Source: Candidatus Methylomirabilia bacterium
GTDB lineage: Bacteria > Methylomirabilota > Methylomirabilia > Rokubacteriales > CSP1-6
Assembly (NCBI GenBank): GCA_041496385.1
Contig: JBGQEL010000111.1
Coordinates: 1 to 14,368, forward strand
Length of the DNA stretch: 14,368 nucleotides
Direction: 5' to 3'
Under the pieces are notes generated by a model. That model saw nothing but the letters and a program-made list of their open reading frames with translations. It was not told the DNA's origin and searched no databases. Positions 8,059 to 14,368 of the stretch are shown piece after piece; the first letter of the stretch is position 1; the number at the start of each line of letters is the position of its first letter. The position numbers were made by a program, and so were the translations under genes.

Positions 8059-8802
8059 ATGAAGCTGAAGGACCGCACCGCGCTCGTCACCGGAGGCTCC
8101 CGCGGTATCGGCCGCGCCGTCGCGCTGGCGCTCGCCGAGGAAGGCGCCGACGTCGCCGTGAACTACGTCTCGAGCGAGGTGGCGGCGAAGGATGTCGCCG
8201 ACCAGATCCGCAAGATGGGGCGCCGGGCCATGCTGGCCCAGGCGGACGTCGCCGACTATCCCGACACCTTCCGCATGGCCCAGGAAGTCCTGAAGGAGTT
8301 CGGCCATCTCGACATCCTGGTCAACAACGCCGGTATCAACTCCGACAAGACGTTCGTGAAGATGGATCACGCGTCGTGGCGCAAGGTGCTCGCGATCAAT
8401 CTCGACGGCGTCTTCAACTGCACCAAGGTCGTCATCGACCAGATGCTCAAGCAGAACTACGGCCGCGTCGTGAACATGACCTCGGTCATCGGGCAGATCG
8501 GCAACTTCGGCCAGGCCAACTACGCGGCGTCGAAGGCGGGCGTGGCGGCGTTCACGAAGTCGCTCGCCAAGGAGCTCGCGGGCAAGGGCATCACGGTGAA
8601 CGCGATCGCGCCCGGGTTCATCGAGACGGAGATGATCCAGGGCATCCCCGACAAGGTGAAGGAAAAGCTGCTCAGTCAGATTCCGCTGCGGCGGTTCGGG
8701 ACGCCCGAAGAGGTCGGGCGCGCCGTCGTCTACATCGTCTCGGCCGACGGCGACTACATCACCGGGGCCGAGGTGTCGATCAACGGCGGGCTGTTGATGT
8801 GA
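8059..8802 (+). CDS. phaB: Acetoacetyl-CoA reductase / FabG-like SDR (247 aa)
   Basis: ATG 8059 with GGAGGAAGGAG RBS. Motifs TGGSRGIG, NNAGI, GNFGQANYAASKAG, VNAIAPGFIETEM. C-terminus INGGLLM resembles PhaB (xNGGLxM). Located inside the pha cluster. Confidence 0.85.
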   Translation: MKLKDRTALVTGGSRGIGRAVALALAEEGADVAVNYVSSEVAAKDVADQIRKMGRRAMLAQADVADYPDTFRMAQEVLKEFGHLDILVNNAGINSDKTFVKMDHASWRKVLAINLDGVFNCTKVVIDQMLKQNYGRVVNMTSVIGQIGNFGQANYAASKAGVAAFTKSLAKELAGKGITVNAIAPGFIETEMIQGIPDKVKEKLLSQIPLRRFGTPEEVGRAVVYIVSADGDYITGAEVSINGGLLM

Positions 8803-9325
8803 CCATCGTCGCCCAGGCGTTGATGGCCTGGGCGGCCCAGGACCAGGGCTGGAGGGCCAGGCGGGCGAGCGACGCCGCGGCCCGGCGCTCCTCCTCGTAG
8901 ACGATGTGGGTCTTCGACGGCATCACCCACGCCTCCCCCGAGAGCACTTCCTCGTTCCGCTGATTCGTGCAGGTCGTCTGAAGCCGGATCCGATTCCGCT
9001 CGCGGATGACCTCGAGCACCTCCGCGCGCGCCGTGATGGTGTCGCCGGCCTTCACCGGCCGCGTGAACTTGAGCGTCTGCGAGATGTAGATCGCGCCCGG
9101 ACCCGGCAGCCGCGTTCCGATGACCGCCGAGATGAGGCCGGCCGTGAAGATGCCCGGAGCGATCGGCTCCTTGAACGGCGTCGCGGTCGCGTACGCCGCG
9201 TCGCTGTGCACGGGATTGAAGTCGCCGACGGCGTCGATGAAGCTCGCGACCTGTTCCGGCGTGATGGTCTGCGCGATCTCTGCGTGATCCCCCGCCACGA
9301 GCTCACCGATCGTCCTTCCGATCAT
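8780..9325 (-). CDS. phaJ: MaoC-family (R)-specific enoyl-CoA hydratase with a C-terminal extension (181 aa)
   Basis: C-terminal part of ORF 8780..9796; ATG 9325-9323 overlaps the phaE stop (ATGA). Hydratase-2 dyad motif GDFNPVH, plus ISAVIGTRLPGPGAIYISQTLKFTRPVKAGDTI. Confidence 0.88.
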   Translation of the reverse strand: MIGRTIGELVAGDHAEIAQTITPEQVASFIDAVGDFNPVHSDAAYATATPFKEPIAPGIFTAGLISAVIGTRLPGPGAIYISQTLKFTRPVKAGDTITARAEVLEVIRERNRIRLQTTCTNQRNEEVLSGEAWVMPSKTHIVYEEERRAAASLARLALQPWSWAAQAINAWATMVTSTARR

Positions 9326-9831
9326 CGGGGCTCCTTGTCGAGCTTGCGCAGCAGAGCCCCGACCATGTCCTCGATCCGCTCGACGCGGTCCTCGAGCTCC
9401 ACGATCTGCTTCGCGACCGCGGTCAGCTGGCTCCGCGACGGCAGGTTCAGCGCCTGCAGACCCTGCTCGACCGCCTGATCGGCGGCCCTCTTCAGCGGGG
9501 CCTGCGAGACGAGAAGCTGGTCGAGCGACTGGCCCATCGTCTTCGCGAACTGCTCGGTCCCCATCGCCTGCCCGAGCACCTTCGACCAGGCATCGATCCA
9601 CTGATCGAGGAACTGCTTCCACTGCGTCAGCATGTCGGGGCTCGCCGGCGTCTGGGCGAAGAGCTTGGCCCACGCCTGGAGCCCCTGGTCGAGGACCGGG
9701 CGCCAGAAGGAGAACGGATCCACGGGTGGGGCCGCGGGCGCCTGCGTGACCAGGCGGGACCATGCCTGCGTCCCCTCCTCGACCTGCTTCTTCCATAGCT
9801 CGAACAGCTGATTGGCGGTCGCGTCAGCCAT
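9322..9831 (-). CDS. phaE: PHA synthase non-catalytic subunit (short PhaE / class IV PhaR-like, 169 aa)
   Basis: Trp-rich amphipathic helices. C-terminal LNLPSRSQLTAVAKQIVELEDRVERIE resembles the conserved LP(T/S)R...(E)LE motif of PhaE and class IV PhaR subunits. Immediately downstream of phaC. Confidence 0.75.
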   Translation of the reverse strand: MADATANQLFELWKKQVEEGTQAWSRLVTQAPAAPPVDPFSFWRPVLDQGLQAWAKLFAQTPASPDMLTQWKQFLDQWIDAWSKVLGQAMGTEQFAKTMGQSLDQLLVSQAPLKRAADQAVEQGLQALNLPSRSQLTAVAKQIVELEDRVERIEDMVGALLRKLDKEPR

Positions 9832-9851
9832 GGTTCACCTTCCCAGGATCA

Positions 9852-9881
9852 ATGCTATCGCCCGGTGACGCCATGCGTCAA
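9852..9881 (-). promoter_or_regulatory. Internal sigma70 promoter for phaE-phaJ with an overlapping perfect palindrome (candidate PhaR box, 9866-9880)
   Basis: Minus strand TTGACG (9881-9876), 18-nt spacer, TAGCAT (9857-9852). TGACGC-CAT-GCGTCA at 9866-9880 is a perfect 6-3-6 palindrome. Confidence 0.6.
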
Positions 9882-9909
9882 GATGATCTTCGCGGCCCCC
9901 CGGGGGGCG

Positions 9910-11037
9910 TCAGGACCGCGGAGCGAGCCAGCCGGAAACCTTGGGCCAGCAGTGCAGCGCCGCGCCGCGGCCCGCGATCAGCGAGATGTGGCCGCCCGGC
10001 AGCTCGACGTACTCCTTCTCCCGGCTCCCGACGGCGCCGATGAGGGCGCGGACGCAGTCGGGCGGCGCGATGTAGTCCTCCTTCGCGCCGACGACGAAGA
10101 CGGGGCACGTGATGTCGGACAGGCGCACGGGCCGGCCGCCCATGACGAGCTCGCCGCGGTAGAGCCGGTTGTCCTGGTAGAAATCGCGCACCCACTGGCG
10201 GAAGAACTCCCCCGGGAAGGCCACGTACTCGTTCGCCCACTTGTTGAGCGCCTGGAAACCCTCCACGTACTTGTCGTTCCAGAGATTCCACCAGAGGTTC
10301 AGGTTCGTCGAGAGATCCATCGTGGGCTTGATGAGCTTGAAGCCCGCCTTGACCATGTCCGCCGGCACCGAGCCCAGCGTGTCGACGAAGCGGTCGACGT
10401 TGAAGTGCTCCTTGCCGAGCCAGAGCCCGAAGAGACCGACCTTGCTGAAGTCGATCGGGCCCGCCATGTTGATGTAGTTCTTCACCGGGATCTCGGGGTG
10501 CGTCGCCACAAAGCAGGAGGAGATGGGCGCGCCCATGCAGTACCCGAGGACGCTCAGCTCCGCGGACCCGGACGACTCGAGGACCTTCCGCGCCATGCGG
10601 GGCAGGATCTTCGTGACGCAGTCCTCGACCGTGAGCCCGTTGTCCTCGGGGCCGAAGACGCCCCAGTCGAGGAGATAGAAGTCGAACCCCTCGCGGGTCA
10701 TGTGCTCGATGAAGCTGCCGTTCGGGAGCAGATCGAAGATGTAGGGGCGGCTGATGCCGAGATTCGGGACGAAGAGCAGCGGCGTCCGGTGTCGGCGCGA
10801 GGACGCGTAGCGGTAGAGGCGCGACTTGTTCTTCCGGTAGATCTCCTCGCGCGGCGTCTGGCCGACCCGCGGCTCCACCGGATTCGTCACCATCTGGTGG
10901 AGATTCTCGAGACGGCGGACGTTCTTGTCGATCTCGTCCTGCCACTGCTTGACGACCTCGGGCGACACGGCGGACGCCGGGCCTCCGAACCCGTTGGTGA
11001 ACCGCTCCACGACGTCGGCGAATCGCTCCTGACCCAT
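9910..11037 (-). CDS. phaC: PHA synthase catalytic subunit, class III/IV (375 aa)
   Basis: VGQTPREEIY, PLLFVP, RPYIFDL, LLDWG, lipase box GYCMG (catalytic Cys), FPGEFFRQWVRDFYQDNRL, Asp in KEDYI, His in GGHISL. Size fits class III/IV. RBS GAGGAG. Confidence 0.95.
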   Translation of the reverse strand: MGQERFADVVERFTNGFGGPASAVSPEVVKQWQDEIDKNVRRLENLHQMVTNPVEPRVGQTPREEIYRKNKSRLYRYASSRRHRTPLLFVPNLGISRPYIFDLLPNGSFIEHMTREGFDFYLLDWGVFGPEDNGLTVEDCVTKILPRMARKVLESSGSAELSVLGYCMGAPISSCFVATHPEIPVKNYINMAGPIDFSKVGLFGLWLGKEHFNVDRFVDTLGSVPADMVKAGFKLIKPTMDLSTNLNLWWNLWNDKYVEGFQALNKWANEYVAFPGEFFRQWVRDFYQDNRLYRGELVMGGRPVRLSDITCPVFVVGAKEDYIAPPDCVRALIGAVGSREKEYVELPGGHISLIAGRGAALHCWPKVSGWLAPRS

Positions 11038-11104
11038 GTGTTCCCGGCTCCTCTCGCCTGTTGTGCGTCTAGTATCGCATCCGCCGCGGATCGGCCGTGA
11101 CGCT

Positions 11105-11150
11105 TTCGCGCGCGGAGCGCCCCGGCCGTTCGGGGCGCCCCGGTCGCGAA
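11105..11150 (-). terminator. Hairpin between the SCP2 gene and phaC (possible terminator, attenuator or processing site)
   Basis: Inner stem GCGCCCCG (11117-11124) / CGGGGCGC (11131-11138) with a 6-nt loop; outer pairing TTCGCG / CGCGAA. No U-tract. Confidence 0.35.
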
Positions 11151-11154
11151 CGGC

Positions 11155-11475
11155 TCACATCTGGAACATCGAGCCGAGCTTCATCGCGAGCCCCATGTCG
11201 CCCTTCACCTTGAGCTTGCCCGACATGAAGAGCATCTGGCCTGACTGCTTCCCCGAGAGCATGTCGAGCCACTCCTGGCCTCCGATCTGGAGCGTGAGAC
11301 TCGGGCTCGAGGCCGGCCCCGCGTTGACGGTGCACGTGCCGTCCTTGATGACCGCGTGCCACGTCCCGCCCCCGTCGCCGCTCACGTCGTACTGGATCAC
11401 CGCGGTCGTGCCGGCCGCCTTGTCGGCGCGGAACCGTCCCGCCATCGCCTCGAACGTCTCCTTCACAGTGGGCAT
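11155..11475 (-). CDS. SCP2 sterol/acyl-CoA-binding domain protein (106 aa)
   Basis: IQYDVSGDGGGTWHAVIKDG and LFMSGKLKVKGDMGLAMKL, typical of stand-alone SCP2 domains. RBS AAGGAGG. Confidence 0.92.
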   Translation of the reverse strand: MPTVKETFEAMAGRFRADKAAGTTAVIQYDVSGDGGGTWHAVIKDGTCTVNAGPASSPSLTLQIGGQEWLDMLSGKQSGQMLFMSGKLKVKGDMGLAMKLGSMFQM

Positions 11476-11498
11476 TGTCGCCTCCTTGCGTGGTCGCG

Positions 11499-12248
11499 TT
11501 AGAACGTGAAGAGGTCCATGCCGCCGGTCACGGGCAGCACGGCGCCCGTGATGTACCGCGCGCGCTCCGAGCAGAGGAACGCGACGGCCCAGGCGACGTC
11601 CTCGGGCTCACCCTCCTTCTGCATCGCCACCCGCTTGACCATGCGCTCGTAGAGCGGGGAGAGCTGCGCGTTGGGCGCGATGATGCCCGGGGCAAGCGCG
11701 TTGCAAGTCACGCCGTAGCGGGCGCCCTCCAGGGCGACCGACTTGGCGAAGCCGATGACGCCGATCTTGCTCGTCGAGTACGCGGTCTGGCCGAAGCCGC
11801 CCATCAGCCCCGCGATCGAGGCCATACAGACGATCCGGCCCCAGCGCCGCTCGCGCATGCCCGGGAACACCGCCCGCGTCATCTTGAAGGTCCCGGTGAG
11901 GTTCACGGAGAGGTTGAGCTCCCAGTCCTCGTCGCGCATGTCCTTCAGCTGGCCGACGGTGTAGATCATCCCGGCGTTGTTCACGAGGATGCCGACGGCG
12001 CCGAGGTCGCGCTCGACGCGCGAGACCACGTCCTGGACCTGGGTGGTCTCGCGGATGTCGCACGCGTAGCCGCGCGCGCGCCCGCCCGCCTTCTCGATCT
12101 CCCCGGCCGTCTCGTCGGCGCCCTCGGCGTTGAGGTCCACGATCGCCACGGCGCATCCCTCCCCGGCGAGCGCGAGCGCGTCGGCGCGCCCGAGGCTCCG
12201 CGCGCCGCCGGTCACGATCGCGACGCGCTCGCGGATCCCGAGGTCCAT
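11499..12248 (-). CDS. FabG-like SDR, probably an NAD(H)-dependent 3-oxoacyl/3-hydroxyacyl-CoA dehydrogenase (249 aa)
   Basis: TGGARSLG, Asp after beta-2 (AIVDLN), NNAG, GGFGQTAYSTSK, NALAPG. Confidence 0.88.
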   Translation of the reverse strand: MDLGIRERVAIVTGGARSLGRADALALAGEGCAVAIVDLNAEGADETAGEIEKAGGRARGYACDIRETTQVQDVVSRVERDLGAVGILVNNAGMIYTVGQLKDMRDEDWELNLSVNLTGTFKMTRAVFPGMRERRWGRIVCMASIAGLMGGFGQTAYSTSKIGVIGFAKSVALEGARYGVTCNALAPGIIAPNAQLSPLYERMVKRVAMQKEGEPEDVAWAVAFLCSERARYITGAVLPVTGGMDLFTF

Positions 12249-12250
12249 CG

Positions 12251-13024
12251 CTATTTCCCCTGGAACCGGGCTTCGCGCTTGCCGAAGAAGGCCTGGATGC
12301 CCTCGGCGGCGTCTTCGGTCCGGAGCGTCTGCAGGAAGGCGCGGATCTCGATGCCGATCGCCTTGTCGATCGGCGCCTCGAGCCCGTCGTCGACCGCCTC
12401 GATGATGAGCCGCGTCGCGATCGGCGCGCGCGTGCCCAGCTGCCGAGCCAGCGCCTTGGCGTCATTGAGCGTCTCGCCGTCCTTGCAGAGGCGGTTGACG
12501 AGCCCGAGGGCGAGCGCCTCCGGACCGGTGATCATGCTGCCCAGGATCAGCATCTCGAGCGCCTTGGTGCGCCCGATGAGTCGCGGCAGCCGCTGAGTCC
12601 CGCCATACCCCGGAATGATGCCGAGGTTGGACTCCGTCTGCCCGATCCTCGCCGTCTCCTTGAAGAGCCGGAAGTGGCAGGCCATCGCGATCTCGCAGCC
12701 CCCGCCGGTCGCGTGCCCGTTGACGGCCGCGATGACGGGCTTCGGGAACCGCTCGATCCGGCGCATCACGGCGTTGCCGAACCGGATGAAGACGTCCACG
12801 TTCCCGCCCGCGAAGGCCGAGCCGAGATCGGCGCCGCCACAGAAGATCCGGTCCCCCGCGCCGGTGACGATGACGGAGCGGACGCTCGCGTCGCCCTCCA
12901 CCGAGCTGAGCGCGTCGTTCAGCTCGGTCATGAGATTCTCGTTGATCGTGTTGGCGGGCGGCCGGTTGAGCGTGACGACGACAAAGGTCTCCTCGCGCGC
13001 GAACAGGAGCGTCTCATACGCCAT
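12251..13024 (-). CDS. Enoyl-CoA hydratase / crotonase (257 aa)
   Basis: LNRPPAN, FCGGADL oxyanion motif, GGGCE and TESNLGIIPGYGGTQRLPRLIG with both catalytic Glu residues. 11-bp overlap with the TetR gene. Confidence 0.93.
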   Translation of the reverse strand: MAYETLLFAREETFVVVTLNRPPANTINENLMTELNDALSSVEGDASVRSVIVTGAGDRIFCGGADLGSAFAGGNVDVFIRFGNAVMRRIERFPKPVIAAVNGHATGGGCEIAMACHFRLFKETARIGQTESNLGIIPGYGGTQRLPRLIGRTKALEMLILGSMITGPEALALGLVNRLCKDGETLNDAKALARQLGTRAPIATRLIIEAVDDGLEAPIDKAIGIEIRAFLQTLRTEDAAEGIQAFFGKREARFQGK

Positions 13025-13601
13025 CGCTCACGACTCCTTTGAGGAAAATGGTGGTGACGGGCTCGGCGGCGTCGGTGAGCCGGTAGGCGCGCTTGCCGAG
13101 CACCCACGACGTCGCGAGCTGATCCATCGCGCCGAAGAGCATCTTGGTCGCGATCTTGACCGGCAGGTCGTGCCGGATCCGGCCCGCGGCGATCCCCTCC
13201 TCGAGGACCGCCTGGATCACGTCGAAGTAGGCGGAGACCTCGTGGGCGGAGGCGCCCCGGAAGAACTTCTGCCCCTGGCGGAGCTCGACCTGCACGACCT
13301 CGGCGAGGTCTGGATTCTCCTGGATCACCTTCAAGTGCAGGGCGACGATCTTCCGGATCTTCGCGACCGGGTCCTGCTCGCCGGCGATCTCCTTGCGGAC
13401 GGACGCCACCCAGTCGGCCATCTTCTGCCTGAAGAGGGTGACGAGGATCTCGTCCTTGGTCGTGAAGTAGAGGTAGATGGTGCCGCTTGCGATGCCCGCC
13501 TCGCGCGCGATGTCCGAGACGCGCGAATGGTAGTAGCCGTTGCGCGCGAACACGCGGACCGCGGCGTCGATAATCTGCTGTGGCTTGTCCGGATCACGCA
13601 T
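13014..13601 (-). CDS. fadR: TetR/AcrR-family regulator, Bacillus FadR (YsiA)-like fatty-acid degradation repressor (195 aa)
   Basis: HTH region IIDAAVRVFARNGY...IAREAGIASGTIYLYF..KDEILVTLFRQKM. C-terminal VELRQ, MLFGAMD and TSWV features resemble B. subtilis FadR. Same regulator-hydratase order as B. subtilis fadR-fadB. Confidence 0.8.
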   Translation of the reverse strand: MRDPDKPQQIIDAAVRVFARNGYYHSRVSDIAREAGIASGTIYLYFTTKDEILVTLFRQKMADWVASVRKEIAGEQDPVAKIRKIVALHLKVIQENPDLAEVVQVELRQGQKFFRGASAHEVSAYFDVIQAVLEEGIAAGRIRHDLPVKIATKMLFGAMDQLATSWVLGKRAYRLTDAAEPVTTIFLKGVVSDGV

Positions 13602-13609
13602 TTGCGAGT

Positions 13610-13629
13610 GACTGAACCGGCGTTCATTC
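13610..13629. promoter_or_regulatory. Palindromic operator, probably the TetR/FadR autoregulatory site
   Basis: GACTGAAC-CGGC-GTTCATTC is an 8-4-8 inverted repeat with one mismatch, overlapping the -10 element and the predicted transcription start. Confidence 0.65.
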
Positions 13630-13654
13630 TACGGCGCGCGGCGCTCCGGATCAA
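13626..13654 (-). promoter_or_regulatory. Sigma70-type promoter for the fadR-hydratase-SDR-SCP2 operon
   Basis: Minus strand TTGATC (13654-13649), 17-nt spacer, TAGAAT (13631-13626). Confidence 0.7.
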
Positions 13655-13695
13655 CCGGAAGCCCGTGATCGAGTCGGGCGCAGACTGGCTCGGCG

Positions 13696-14368
13696 CTACT
13701 GTGGGAGGAATCCCGGAGCGAGCGTCTGGCGCACGTTGAAGCCGACGTTTACGCCGCTGCAGATCAGATAGAAGTTGAACTGCTGCTGCTGGTTCTGCAG
13801 CGTCTGGATCAGGACGTTGCCGACGTCGAACTGGAAGCCGTAGAAGATGCCACCTGTCGCGTCCACGAAGTAGCGGGGCACCGAGCCGAAGCTCGTCGGC
13901 GCCGTGGACAGTACGGGCTCTACATGCCAGAACCCTGAAAGCGGGAGCTTGCCCGCCGGGCAGAACGTGGTGATCCGCTGGACGGGGTTCACGTTGAAGT
14001 CCAGCGTGAGCGCGGCATTGACGATCTGGTAGCCCGAGACGCCGTCCGCTCCTGGCGCGCCCGTGTCGCCCTTGGCGCCGGTGAGCCCCTGGGCTCCTGT
14101 CGCACCCGTATCGCCCTTCGCACCGGCAGGGCCCTGAGCTCCCGTTGCACCCGTATCGCCCTTGGCGCCGGCGGATCCCTGGGCTCCGGTCGCGCCCGTG
14201 TCGCCCTTGAGGCCGGCGAGTCCTTGGGCTCCCGTCGCGCCCGTATCGCCCTTCTCACCGGCAGGGCCCTGGGCTCCCGTCGCCCCCGTGTCGCCCTTGG
14301 CGCCGGCGAGTCCCTGGGCCCCCGTCGCGCCCGTATCGCCCTTCACACCGGCAGGGCCCTGGGCTCCC
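13696..14368 (-). CDS. Collagen-like (Gly-X-Y) protein with a C-terminal two-Cys globular domain; 5' end lies outside the window
   Basis: The frame stays open to the window edge (…[12 protein letters not shown]…), so GTG 14346 is internal. 37 uninterrupted G-X-Y triplets (14035-14367) precede the domain GYQIV...CPAGK...FYLIC. Confidence 0.88.
   Translation of the reverse strand, partial: GAQGPAGVKGDTGATGAQGLAGAKGDTGATGAQGPAGEKGDTGATGAQGLAGLKGDTGATGAQGSAGAKGDTGATGAQGPAGAKGDTGATGAQGLTGAKGDTGAPGADGVSGYQIVNAALTLDFNVNPVQRITTFCPAGKLPLSGFWHVEPVLSTAPTSFGSVPRYFVDATGGIFYGFQFDVGNVLIQTLQNQQQQFNFYLICSGVNVGFNVRQTLAPGFLPQ
14035..14368. repeat. 45-bp tandem coding repeat (15-aa unit [15 protein letters not shown]), at least 7 copies
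   Basis: gt(a/g)tcgccctt recurs at 14063, 14108, 14153, 14198, 14243, 14288 and 14333, an exact 45-nt period. Confidence 0.95.

Noticed and set aside
7936..8370. N-terminal extension of phaR (ORF 7420..8370)
   Set aside because: It is antisense to phaB. The PhaR domain starts at ATG 7935, which has a good RBS and its own promoter.
11056..11113. PhaR-box or promoter upstream of phaC (TGACGC at 11098, GCGTCT at 11065, TG-C-GATACT on the minus strand)
   Set aside because: Only isolated half-sites without a partner at N3 spacing, and no convincing -35; too weak to call.
9865..13739. Plus-strand ORFs 9865..11100, 11475..12596 and 12615..13739, and alternative-frame minus ORFs
   Set aside because: Shadow ORFs over phaC, the SDR, the hydratase and the TetR gene, with no family signatures.
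14035..14368. 45-bp repeats as a CRISPR array or non-coding repeat
   Set aside because: There are no unique spacers. Variation falls at synonymous and X/Y positions of an in-frame Gly-X-Y coding repeat.
1..14368. Mobile elements, tRNA/rRNA, riboswitches, defence systems, or a firm taxonomic assignment
   Set aside because: No transposase, integrase, structural-RNA or defence signatures were seen. Taxonomy cannot be established from this window without a search.

Overview
High-GC bacterial window dominated by a polyhydroxyalkanoate (PHA) gene cluster embedded in fatty-acid metabolism genes. Right to left on the minus strand: a partial collagen-like protein; a Bacillus-FadR-like TetR regulator, enoyl-CoA hydratase, NAD-type SDR and SCP2 protein; a class III/IV PHA synthase (phaC), a short PhaE/class-IV-PhaR-like subunit and a MaoC/PhaJ hydratase. 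In the centre are phaB (+), the repressor phaR (-) and a probable phasin (+). A tightly coupled minus-strand run follows: fadD, SDR, Zn-dehydrogenase, alpha/beta-hydrolase (candidate PHA depolymerase), SDR, rfbF and rfbG (partial). The most notable non-coding signal is a palindrome, TRACGC-N3-GCGTYA, found four times, each in or beside a predicted sigma70 promoter (phasin twice, phaR, phaE); it is a candidate PhaR operator. A separate palindrome overlaps the TetR/FadR promoter. All product calls come from motif and family recognition by eye; no database searches were run.
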